A stretch of DNA of 64,000 nucleotides from positions 19,716,001 through 19,780,000 of the forward strand of contig CATNEN010000039.1 in the NCBI GenBank assembly GCA_950097015.1, written 5' to 3'. Of this stretch, positions 1 to 11,237 are shown in pieces. Each line of letters begins with the position of its first letter. Position 1 is the stretch's first letter. Source of the stretch: Macrostomum hystrix. Its lineage: Eukaryota > Animalia > Platyhelminthes. Below the pieces are notes generated by a model. The model did not search any database. It was not told the origin of the DNA and saw only the letters and a list, made by a program, of their open reading frames with translations. The position numbers and the translations under genes were made by a program.

Positions 1-247
1 GCAGCTATTGCACGGCGCATCTGAAGGCTGCGTACAGCTGTTCAGTCCATGGACTGGGGGGACGCCACACCCACCCTCAATTACTCCAGCTAATGCTGGT
101 ACCCAATTTTACAGCTGGGTGAACTGAAGCAATGCAGAGTTAAGTGTCTTGCTAAAGACCAAAAATTGTTCCAGTTCAACCGGGAAACGAACCCCCGACC
201 TTCAAGTCGTGAGACCGACACCCTAACCACAAAGCTATACAACCCCC
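1..247 (-). mobile_element. tRNA-derived SINE family A (CORE-like central domain), cut by the window edge
   Basis: The minus strand reads ...TAGCTTTGTGGTTAG (A box)...GGTTCGTTTCCC (B box)...TCTTTAGCAAGACACTTAACT...CTGTAAAATTGGGTACC (CORE-like). Homologous copies lie at ~34445-34670 and ~15645-15770. Confidence 0.75.
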
Positions 248-1435
248 ATAAATCAAATATGATTTAAAAGACTAGACGCAGTGGGATTTGAAGATGGGGA
301 CCACAGAATAGCTAAAAAAGCAATCTGTTTACGACCCACATGCTCTATAAATATATAAATTCGTTTTTGTCTGACGTGCAGACATGTGCCGGGATTTACC
401 AAATGTCGTTATTTAGAGCCAAGATACGCGCGTAAGCTTAGTGCCGGACACTGGTTTATGGGGGCCATTCCGAAAAGACCAGTTTGATGACATGAGGCCA
501 AGGGCGGCATCAGCCGTCTTACTTTCACCACTTCAGACTTGGGATTGGCATCTCGGCTGAGCTAGACCAAACGGTCCGGGAATTTCAGAAAACCCAATTA
601 GAACGAGTGCCTGACTGTACAAAAATCCTCCCATTATCAGAGGCTTAACTGCGGCAGTATAGTTCCTGCAATCTAGTTGATCTCTTCATTTATCGTCTAT
701 CAGGCGGCTTTGAAAAAGGGAGGGTACCAGATAGTGCCAATGGTGCCTCACAATGATCTAATTGATGAAAAAAAACTCATTAAGCTTTTTCATCAGCTGC
801 AGAAATGCCCACTAAATTACATCAATCAAGCGCTTAACACGATAAAGTACGATGGCGAAACACGACTAGCAAACCCTGAATTACTTTCATCAGCTTATTC
901 AACTAGCGAAACTTGTATTTTTTCGACTATCATTGCTCTGGGATAAATCTGAGTGACTAAATTAGTAATTGCTGCATTTTTTACGGGCAGTGCATATACT
1001 AACAGTTAGTCTGCAGACAAGAAATTATCATGGAATAATGACTGTATTATAGAATATCCATTTAATTATCAGTCAAGCTAGGCAATGTAGGTAAGGGTAA
1101 AATAAGATAAAACTGACAGTACTAGAAGTGAAAGAACTATGACAGGTAGTCTAAAAGTAACTAAAAGGTTTTAACTTTCAAAAATTATTTGTAATTGATA
1201 TGAAATTCGCAAAAATGCAGAAGATTGATGTTGCATTGTGAAAATATAAAAGTACGAGTATTACATGTACTTAGATTAGCAAACGGAAGGATCGTGGTGA
1301 GATTGATTAAGGGACTAATAAATACTTTGGTATTATTTGCAAAGTACTTATATTATCGTATTACACCCCAGTTAGTATTTATTAGTCCCTGGACTCCACA
1401 GGTAAGCTCAATAGATTACTAGTTCTCTTAATCAG

Positions 1436-3307
1436 TTATCGTACAGTTTCGCCGGGAAAATTGTCATAAAATGACGGCAGTGGTCGCGAAAGAACTAGCA
1501 GAGGAAGCTGAACTTCAGACTCTTCATCATCATCTGCGGCAGCAGCGCCGAGCAAATCACCGTTAAGTAAAATTTGCGCATTGGCCTCTCTATTTTCGGC
1601 TTCATCAGCAGTGTCGGCATCAGGTTTTACATCTGCGGTGTGCTGCTGCGAACATGTAGCAGCTGTGGCCGGTTTAGGAACAGCACACTTAAACAGGCGT
1701 CGACTTGACAGGTATAACAACTCCAGAATCTCAAAGGCTGTAGTGACCGTCACGCCGAGAGTGAGCCCTCCCAGACCGCCAATACGACTCATGAGAGCGC
1801 TCAGGCTGATCTGCAAAGTTTCCCGGTTGACTTGGGTGTTGTAACCTTGGCGACTAATCGTAACAAGAGCCATTTTGTTTGATAGACGCTTCTCCAGACT
1901 GCGAAGTTTTATCACCTGAGGCGCGGTGGCAATCAGCTCCAGGTCGCTGTACGACAGGAGCTGTTCCAGTTTTTCTAAAGTCTTCTTGTCACTGCGGCCC
2001 TCTTTAATCTGATTGAAGGCGCCAGAGATGTGGCTCATCCAGTGAATCTGCCAAAGCTGGGGCGACCAGTTGGCAGCCGACAATTGGCTCTCGTAATGAA
2101 AGAAGCTGCAACGCTTCGGACAAGCAGTCTGGCTGATACTGCTGGTCAGCTCGCTCAGATTGAGGTTCCTTACGCAATCTAGCCGTCTGATAAAGTCCAT
2201 GGGCTCGTCGGCATTGTAGAAGCCGCAGAATTGTGATTTAGCATGGCCTTCCTCGGCCACAGGTCGGACATGGTAGGTGGAGGTGCAGTTGCACCGCTGC
2301 TGGATCAGCTGACCGACATGGCTGCTCAGGCAGGCATCAAAGGTGTAGCCATATGAGCTGTCATCGTCGTGAATATTCGACAAGCGGGATGCTTCGGCGC
2401 ATTCACCGTCGGGATAGTTTTGCTTCTCCACCTTGACAGCTTTGTATTTGATTAGAGTGGAGGTTCGCATTTGAACGCTGAAGCTCTCGGTGTCAATCAG
2501 TGGATAAGTTCCCGGTTCGTGCAGGGCAATGCGGAACCCTGTTGCCTCGTTGAAAACGTTAAACCCATAGTCCTGACTGGCCCAGCCCTCCGACTCGGAC
2601 TCCGAAAGATTAAAATTGTGCATGATCGTATCGTTCAGATGGGCATTTGAAAGAACAATTGAAATGCTGCTAACATAGCTTGATTCGGGTTGAACGAGCT
2701 CGAGATCGTGACAGAAGAAGAACTCTGGGTGATGGATGCTGCTGCTCTCTTGAAAATCGCAGTCTTCCTCGTGAGCCACCGACGGATTCCCGTTGGCGCT
2801 GTGACGCATTACGCAGAACGGCACCAGATCTTTGAACCGGTGTGCCAGCTGCCTCGCAGCCGACTCGTTGATGAACTGAAAGTACGTGGATACCTTGTCG
2901 CTGTGGAATAGATTCGCCGCTTCCCGATATCGACCCTGCCGCACAAAGTCGCCCATGCCGCGACGCAGAAGACGAGAAAAATCCACCGGACTTGGAATGC
3001 GACCGTCGCGCCAGAGCTTCGCAGCCTTCGAGGAAAATGGACTCAAGGAGCAGATGGTCAGGCTCGGAAACGGTGTGGGATCATTCAGCCGCTCCTCAAT
3101 CTGGTAGCTCTTGTGGTACTCGAAGAACTCCTTGAAAAGGTCGCACGTTCCATAGCCAAGAAGGATGGCCATGCTCACCAAATAGCTGAGCCACAGCAGG
3201 CGCAGCACTCGGTACTTTGTGGTGTAGCACTTTCGGATGCCCCTCACAGTTGTGTTGTCGATTAGGGTAGTTATTAGGAAGTTTGGAAAGCTTTGGCCTT
3301 TGTTCAT
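1436..3307 (-). CDS. DEG/ENaC (amiloride-sensitive sodium channel family) subunit, intronless, 623 aa
   Basis: N-terminal TTxxG motif, TM1, PFPSLTIC motif, Cys-rich thumb domain (YTFDAC...CNC...C..RC) and TM2 IGGLGGLTLG. Confidence 0.92.
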   Translation of the reverse strand: MNKGQSFPNFLITTLIDNTTVRGIRKCYTTKYRVLRLLWLSYLVSMAILLGYGTCDLFKEFFEYHKSYQIEERLNDPTPFPSLTICSLSPFSSKAAKLWRDGRIPSPVDFSRLLRRGMGDFVRQGRYREAANLFHSDKVSTYFQFINESAARQLAHRFKDLVPFCVMRHSANGNPSVAHEEDCDFQESSSIHHPEFFFCHDLELVQPESSYVSSISIVLSNAHLNDTIMHNFNLSESESEGWASQDYGFNVFNEATGFRIALHEPGTYPLIDTESFSVQMRTSTLIKYKAVKVEKQNYPDGECAEASRLSNIHDDDSSYGYTFDACLSSHVGQLIQQRCNCTSTYHVRPVAEEGHAKSQFCGFYNADEPMDFIRRLDCVRNLNLSELTSSISQTACPKRCSFFHYESQLSAANWSPQLWQIHWMSHISGAFNQIKEGRSDKKTLEKLEQLLSYSDLELIATAPQVIKLRSLEKRLSNKMALVTISRQGYNTQVNRETLQISLSALMSRIGGLGGLTLGVTVTTAFEILELLYLSSRRLFKCAVPKPATAATCSQQHTADVKPDADTADEAENREANAQILLNGDLLGAAAADDDEESEVQLPLLVLSRPLPSFYDNFPGETVR

Positions 3308-5720
3308 TGTTATGAAATGCGACTGGCCCTAGAAGAATTTATGGGATGTGTGGTATTTTTTTTGTCACTACCCGGAAAGTGACCTTACATAATAGGAAAT
3401 TATTCAATGGTGCCACGAGTATTTATACATTCCATTCTATTCTGTACGAATGTAACTTAATATGAATGTGACAGACTCCTTTGGTTGGCTCTTAGAATCA
3501 AGCCTTCCTATTGGACATTCTGGCCGGCTAGCAATCACTATATTAACTTTATTTTGCATCTTTTTCGAACTATGGAAGGCGTCGGCAGTATCGAAAGAGA
3601 TTTACAGCACCGCGGTATATCCCGTGAATAAATTACATTGTGAGCTGTTTAAGTTGTTTAGAATGCAATAAAAATGCACTTGACATCGCTAAAAATTATT
3701 GGAAAGTTTTTCAGGTGTCTACCTGATATGCGTATGCGCATATTAATTAATAATTAATTAATTACTTTTTACTTAATTAATAAATAATTCATTATTGATG
3801 GAAGTGCCATGAAGTAGGGTCGCTCTTGCTAGTACGCCGGCAGCTGTACCAAGCAAATTTTCACTTATCCGGATTTTGTAGTACCAGTGTCGAATAACGC
3901 TGCAGTATGGCTGCACGTTCTGTGGCAGATTATAAAAAGCAGCTCTAGCGTCGTCGTAAAACTGATCTGCATGCAGCTCCTGCTGTGTGAGTCTTACAAT
4001 TCAAGCAGCGATAATTTGTCTGGCCAGGTGCAACACGTGTAACACTCTGCACCGAACTGGTCTCGTATGTTTTGCATACAATCATCAATACACCATCCCA
4101 AGCATCCCATCAGTAAGTGGTACGGACGCTTCTATAGATTGACGCGACGCGAGCCTTCAAATATAATATTTTTTCTTTCTGGCGGCATAATTAGTTTACA
4201 TGCTGTCATTAAGATGGCCTGATTCCAATAATATAGATAAAAACTTCAGAGCACAGTTAAAATATTTTTGTATCTCAATACTTTATGGAAACGAAATGGG
4301 TGAAAACTCAGGAATGAATACGAATCATTATTCACAACAACAATTGAAATATTTTGCTGGGATGTTTGAAGTAAACATATATTAACAGAAATTTTGTGAC
4401 GGGAATAAAACGTTCCTTATTTTTTAAGTTTTTATATTTGTACGTCTCAGTACAGGACAGACGGTACTCATGAGTTTTGACAACTACACGGTGGCACGCG
4501 CCATCTGTTTAAAAAGCAGCAAGAAAAAATTGAGGACTTAAAATATGTTTTATAAACTGCATACTTTAATTTAAAAATATTAAGTCAATTTTTAGTTCAT
4601 ATTCTGGACGAATAAAATAAAAACTTACCCTTCTTCTATCGAATCAGACGCAGTTTTGTTTATTTTCGCTTAATTATAGGTTCTTGTAAATTTTCGTTTT
4701 CGCGTTTGAATGATTCTGCTTTGCTACGCACTAGAAGACAAGCAAATGTGAAACCTATCCTGAAGTTGTAATAACGTGCTTTAACATAAAACTAAAGCAT
4801 ATGTATTTTTCTACAAAAAATAAAACTTTTCCGTCCTTTTTACGCGGAGCATAAATATTTTAAGTATACTTAAGTCGATGATTGGCTAATTATTTGTTTT
4901 AAAAAATCGCTATTGGATTCATTCATGGATTGGGAATTATAGCTATTGAAAGTCTAGTCCTAGATAGTTAAATTTAAATTAAAATTAAGTTAAAGAAACC
5001 TGTTTTAACTGCATATGTTGTATATAAGAAATGTTTTTTACATATTTAAATATACTTTCTCACAATTTTACTTAAATGAGGTGTGAATATATTTTCTGTA
5101 GGTTGCAATAAGCAATTAATACTATTTATGTTTTTTATTAAAAAGGAGACATTTTTTGCCTTAGGTACATACAATCTATAATTAGAAAATAATATATAGT
5201 CACAGCCATAGGCATAGCTATGATATCCTAATTAATTTTATTTAATTAACTAGTTGTCACCCATACTCAGGGAGGTGTCTATATGTGGGAACTACCCATG
5301 CATTGCATGCATACATTTTGCTCTTGAAATATGTGGAGCTAACTGTAGCTAAATATATCACTTAAGCAAGGAAAATGTTGGGAAAAATACTTCTGCATAC
5401 AGCCTAACATTCAAAATTGGGCTATTGAAATTGGTGTACATTGGTGTGTAGGTTTGATTTGACCTAGAATTAGTTCTTGTGTAAACTAGATACTTCCCTG
5501 ACTATGACTTGTGTGGGACTGCAGGTAATTGGGGAACTTCGTTAACTGACTAAGTGTATATACCTTTGTCAGTTAACTTAAAAAGGTCATTGTCAATAAG
5601 GTGACCTTTTTGCACAGAAAATTGTAGTATAAAGAGACCTAAATTACTGCTACATGTTTGTAGATAACAGGGAGGTACAGTTTAGTGTAGAAAACCCTTT
5701 TTCATACTTTGTTGCAAACC

Positions 5721-5955
5721 CATACATGCGCAACACCCGGCCGACCTGGCCAGGTGAAATGAGGGCCAAGCAATGTAAGTTGCAAAAACCAATTGACCAA
5801 GTGCAAAAAAATCAAAGGGGGGACCAAGGGACAAAAAAGGAAGGCGTGAAGAAAAGGAAAAAGGGAGAGAAAAGAGAGCAAAAGAGAGCAAACTAAGTCA
5901 TAAATAGAGCAAAAACTAAGTCACACGGCTGGCTTTGGGAGGTTGCGCATGTATG
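5721..5955. mobile_element. hAT-like non-autonomous DNA transposon (MITE), copy 1
   Basis: Perfect 14-bp TIR CATACATGCGCAAC/GTTGCGCATGTATG, 8-bp TSD TGCAAACC (5713-5720 and 5956-5963), and a second copy at 12572-12873. Confidence 0.85.
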
Positions 5956-6414
5956 TGCAAACCAATACACATTGGAGCACATAGCAGTGCAGCCTTCAGC
6001 TAAGAGAAGCTATGATTCCCAAAGTCCCAGTTGAGTGCTGCCTTTGCTGTCTTGCCTGCAATGCCTGGCCATAAGTGTTTTTTTCAAGCAACATTTAAGT
6101 AAGCAAGGCAAGCGGGTGCAGTAAAATCCAAAAAGTCCACCAGATGCTATGCACAGATTGTCAACTATTTCCCATTGGGGCACACTTTAATGCTAGGTCA
6201 CATCTGTTGTTACTGCAGCAGATAAAATATGACTTTGCTTATATTTCCAAATTCTAATTTCACATAAAATGTATATAAAAATTATAGATCACAGGGCAGA
6301 AATGTGCAGTATTTTTTTTAAAAGTTTTTGAAAGTTATCTTGATGTCTAGATATATGTAAGCCTACAATGGACTACAACAATTACAACAGCCTACAACAT
6401 GGACTAAATTGCAG

Positions 6415-7023
6415 TCTCCTGCACCTCTAGGCTCAGGCAGCCGGGGCGGATCAGCTGTTGAGGCAATCTGGCAGAAGCAGAAGAGTCTGCATCTGCTGCA
6501 CTCCAACCGCCGCTTGTTGCTTAAGCCAGCTCTGTTGCTGGGGCGAGTAAATCGCGGATTTCAACGCGGCCGTCAACTGGGCTTTCCCACTGCAAATTTA
6601 GCTTGCAATGCTCTATTAGATGTCAACAGTCTGCCAGACTATGGTGTCTACTGCGGTCGGGCAATGGTACTGGATGAAGTGGGAGGTATTCCACTGCTTA
6701 GCCGTTCTCATCCCGCTGTTCTCAGCTGGGGATTTAATCCCCAATTTGGTCTCGAACAGCCTTTATTCGAAGTGCATCTCATCGACTGGCCTGTAGATGG
6801 TCAACCAGCCGAGTTCTATGGCCGAAACCTGGCCTGCCTAGTGACGCACTATCTACGCGAGGAGTTCAAGTTTTCTGGCGGCCTCGATCAGCTAGCCGAA
6901 GCTATTAGTCTGGATAAGTCGGTTGCTATGGCGTTGCTAGGACCCGTGGCCGACAAAGACGATCGCGAATTGACTGAGCGGCTGCTGACTCGGGGGGGAA
7001 AGGTGATAGACAGCAAGCTGTGA
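6415..7023 (+). CDS. RFK: Riboflavin kinase; no genomic ATG, ORF opens at the splice acceptor AG 6413-6414
   Basis: Motifs GRVNRGFQRGRQLGFPTANL, SWGFNPQF, EVHLID, FYG and YLREEFKF match the riboflavin kinase family. Confidence 0.9.
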   Translation, partial: SPAPLGSGSRGGSAVEAIWQKQKSLHLLHSNRRLLLKPALLLGRVNRGFQRGRQLGFPTANLACNALLDVNSLPDYGVYCGRAMVLDEVGGIPLLSRSHPAVLSWGFNPQFGLEQPLFEVHLIDWPVDGQPAEFYGRNLACLVTHYLREEFKFSGGLDQLAEAISLDKSVAMALLGPVADKDDRELTERLLTRGGKVIDSKL

Positions 7024-7240
7024 AGATTTTTGTGCGTTTGACCTAAAAATTGGCGCTCGAGAACTTTTTATTTTAGTTGTCTGGCATTGGTTTTAACTTT
7101 TACATTAACTCGATAAAATTTGTGTAGCCTGGTGAAAGCTACACTGCGGCAAGTGGCATTTTAGAGTCGTTTCAGACGCTTCTCTCACGTTTCAAAAACT
7201 TTTCAGACGTCTCAAATGCTTCTCTTCTAATCACTCAAAC

Positions 7241-9228
7241 GCTTCTCTAATGACTCAAATGCTTCTCTAATGACTCAAACGCTTCTCTAATGACTCAAAT
7301 GCTTCTCTAATGACTCAAACGCTTCTCTAATGACTCAAATGCTTCTCTAATGACTCAAACGCTTCTCTAATGACTCAAACGCTTCTCTAATGACTCAAAC
7401 GCTTCTCTAATGACTCAAATGCTTCTCTAATGACTCAAACGCTTCTCTAATGACTCAAACGCTTCTCTAATGACTCAAATGCTTCTCTAATGACTCACAC
7501 GCTTCTCTAATGACTCAAACGCTTCTCTAATGACTCAAACGCTTCTCTAATGACTCAAACGCTTCTCTAATGACTCAAATGCTTCTCTAATGACTCAAAC
7601 GCTTCTCTAATGACTCACACGCTTCTCTAATGACTCAAACGCTTCTCTAATGACTCAAATGCTTCTCTAATGACTCAAACGCTTCTCTAATGACTCAAAT
7701 GCTTCTCTAATGACTCACACGCTTCTCTAATGACTCAAACGCTTCTCTAATGACTCAAACGCTTCTCTAATGACTCAAACGCTTCTCTAATGACTCAAAC
7801 GCTTCTCTAATGACTCAAACGCTTCTCTAATGACTCAAACGCTTCTCTAATGACTCAAACGCTTCTCTAATGACTCAAATGCTTCTCTAATGACTCACAC
7901 GCTTCTCTAATGACTCAAACGCTTCTCTAATGACTCAAACGCTTCTCTAATGACTCAAACGCTTCTCTAATGACTCAAATGCTTCTCTAATGACTCAAAC
8001 GCTTCTCTAATGACTCACACGCTTCTCTAATGACTCAAACGCTTCTCTAATGACTCAAATGCTTCTCTAATGACTCAAACGCTTCTCTAATGACTCAAAT
8101 GCTTCTCTAATGACTCACACGCTTCTCTAATGACTCAAACGCTTCTCTAATGACTCAAACGCTTCTCTAATGACTCAAACGCTTCTCTAATGACTCAAAC
8201 GCTTCTCTAATGACTCAAACGCTTCTCTAATGACTCAAACGCTTCTCTAATGACTCAAACGCTTCTCTAATGACTCAAATGCTTCTCTAATGACTCAAAC
8301 GCTTCTCTAATGACTCAAATGCTTCTCTAATGACTCAAACGCTTCTCTAATGACTCAAACGCTTCTCTAATGACTCAAATGCTTCTCTAATGACTCACAC
8401 GCTTCTCTAATGACTCAAACGCTTCTCTAATGACTCAAACGCTTCTCTAATGACTCAAACGCTTCTCTAATGACTCAAATGCTTCTCTAATGACTCAAAC
8501 GCTTCTCTAATGACTCACACGCTTCTCTAATGACTCAAACGCTTCTCTAATGACTCAAATGCTTCTCTAATGACTCAAACGCTTCTCTAATGACTCAAAT
8601 GCTTCTCTAATGACTCACACGCTTCTCTAATGACTCAAACGCTTCTCTAATGACTCAAACGCTTCTCTAATGACTCAAACGCTTCTCTAATGACTCAAAC
8701 GCTTCTCTAATGACTCAAACGCTTCTCTAATGACTCAAACGCTTCTCTAATGACTCACACGCTTCTCTTATGACTCACACGCTTCTCTAATGACTCAAAC
8801 GCTTCTCTAATGACTCAAACGCTTCTCTAATGACTCAAACGCTTATCTAATGACTCAAACGCTTCTCTAATGACTCAAATGCTTCTCTAATGACTCACAC
8901 GCTTCTCTAATGACTCAAACGCTTCTCTAATGACTCAAACGCTTCTCTAATGACTCAAACGCTTCTCTAATGACTCAAACGCTTCTCTAATGACTCAAAC
9001 GCTTCTCTAATGACTCAAACGCTTCTCTAATGACTCACACGCTTCTCTTATGACTCACACGCTTCTCTAATGACTCAAACGCTTCTCTAATGACTCAAAC
9101 GCTTCTCTAATGACTCAAACGCTTATCTAATGACTCAAACGCTTCTCTAATGACTCAAACGCTTCTCTAATGACTCAAACGCTTCTCTAATGACTCAAAC
9201 GCTTCTCTAATGACTCAAACGCTTCTCT
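7241..9228. repeat. 20-bp tandem repeat (GCTTCTCTAATGACTCAAAC), about 99 units
   Basis: Directly visible; unit-end variants are AAAC, AAAT and ACAC. Confidence 0.99.
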
Positions 9229-9924
9229 GACTACTCAAACTTCACAAACAATGCTTCTCAAACAATTGAAAAACTCCTTTATGACTCTAAGCGCTTTGTA
9301 CCATGACACCTAGGCAATTTGATTTTGTCTTCCGTCGTTGTTTTGTAGTTAACTCACGTTTTTGACGGGTATTGGCGACTAAGTGTCGATGTTTTCTTTT
9401 GTTTTGTTTTGTAGATTCATAAGTTTTTTTACAACACATTTTTTCACTATAGCATTTTACCCACTAGTAACTGATCCTTTGATTATTTTTGTTAATTGAT
9501 TTTGGGCAAGTCATTACATTGCGTGATAATAAAGGCAGCCACGATTTAGCTTATTTTATTTGCTAACATTAGGGAATTTAAAATTTGTTTCTTGTTATAC
9601 TTTACTTTCAGAGTAGCGAGTTGATAGCAACAAGAACTACTAGAAGAAGAAGGACGGGACACTTCGTTTCTTAGAAAATTCATAAATGGCTGATTTCCAC
9701 GGAAAATGCACAAGCGAGTTATGAGCTTTTCACGTTTTTTTCACATAAAATTTGTGATAACTTTTTATTGGAAGCAAATCAAATGCTGTTCTTTAACTAT
9801 GAACTTGCAAAACATTTTGCTTCTACGAATTCTTGAAAGCTTTAGTTATGAAGTCAACGAAAATAAAATGAACATCAATTATTCATAAATGAAGCTCTTT
9901 AAAATTAGTTTAAGCAGCATGTTT

Positions 9925-10060
9925 TGCAGTTGTTGATCGGCAGTTGTTGATCGGCAGTTGTTGACTGGTAGTTGTCGGTTGGCTAATGTCGATTTGGCTG
10001 TTGCGGTTGGCAGTTCAGTTGTCGGATAAAAGTTTTCTGTTGGCAGCTGTCGGTTGGAAT
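9925..10060. repeat. Degenerate ~14-bp tandem repeat (GCAGTTGTTGATCG)
   Basis: A few decaying units are visible. Confidence 0.6.
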
Positions 10061-10150
10061 CTGTTTATTATGCTCGTTATAGCATACTAGTCGTACTGTA
10101 CGTCCGCATGGTCAATTTTGCATAGCTCCCATGCAATCTTACGATTTCAG

Positions 10151-11237
10151 GCACATTTTAATGGACAAAAGTCGATGCGAAATCAGCCAGGCTGAGCCGG
10201 ATGCTAATACTTATGAGCCAATAGACCTGTCAATTACTGTCAGCAATCAGCAGCAGCAGCAACAACAACAGGAGCAGCAGCAGCAGCAGCAAGGTGTAGA
10301 GCTAGATCTGTACAAGCAGCAAGCAAGTGAAGAAAATCCAGAGCAGAATAATGCTGGTGCCAGTCAGGAGAACAAAGAGCTGCAAGAAGTAGAAAAAACT
10401 CCGGAACATGAAATGCCGCAGCAGAATAAAAACTTAGCCTCTGCAGAGACAGCGGCTGGCGCTGCCGCTACTGCAAGTAGTCACAGCTCAGCTGACACTG
10501 ACCATAAACTACTCTTAGCTTCAAGCATGGCTGAACAGAACTCAAGGCCGAAGGAAGCGCAAGAATCTACAGCCGCAGTTAGACCCTTCTGTCGCCTATG
10601 CTCAGTACAGTGCAGCTCTCTGCACAATTATATGGACCATCTGGCTGGTCAGAAGCACAAGAAGGCAGCTGAATTTGCCGGTGTTATTGAAGACGAAATT
10701 GCTAAGCCGGATTTTGTCCCAGTGGCCGCTTCCGGTTTGCAGCACGCCCTACAAAAAACTAAAGAGGTGAATGACGTTAAAATAAAGACTCTTTAGCCTG
10801 TCAGTTTACTATCAGTAGAATAATGCGCCCATTTGATATAAAATCGTTTACAGAAGCCTGCTACAGAGTCCGCTTCCTCGAAGTCGCTTCGCTGTGAAAT
10901 TTGCGATATAGAAGTGACCGGAGCTCAAAACCTTAAAGCACACTATGTAGGTCAAAAGCATCGTAAAGCTTTGAGCAAGCAGCAGCAACAGCAGCAGCAA
11001 TCAGAACAGCTGATAGACAAAACCAGCCTTCGTTGCGATATTTGTAATAAAGACTTTGCCAGCGCCCGCCCTTTAACCGATCACTTGGCAGGTAAGAAGC
11101 ACGGTGCCAGACTGCGCGAATTAGATGCAATGCGATCGTTGCAGAACTCTGGTCATTTCGGCGACAAAAGGAAACGACCACAGGATGACAACGATGACGA
11201 CGCTTCCGTTAGTAAATCCGTCAAACTGACTGATTAG
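10151..11237 (+). CDS. Triple U1/matrin-type C2H2 zinc-finger protein (ZNF346/ZNF385-like, probable dsRNA binder); exons 10151-10766 and 10854-11237, possible short first exon from ATG 9686
   Basis: Three CxxC...HxxGxxH fingers (CRLC..HLAGQKH, CEIC..HYVGQKH, CDIC..HLAGKKH). The GT-AG intron 10767-10853 keeps the frame. Confidence 0.82.

Noticed and set aside
381-487. Possible last coding exon of an upstream + strand gene (HVPGFTKCRYLEPRY...)
   Set aside because: Too short, with no recognisable homology; the upstream context is outside the window.
3993-4110. 38-aa Cys-rich minus-strand ORF (MGCLGWCIDDC...)
   Set aside because: No signal peptide or known motif; could easily arise by chance.
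5654-5896. Lys-rich ORFs (also 12415-12765)
   Set aside because: They are the purine-rich interior of the MITE.
7241-9228. CRISPR-like array
   Set aside because: Head-to-tail units with no unique spacers, no cas genes, and a eukaryotic context; the same applies to the other arrays.
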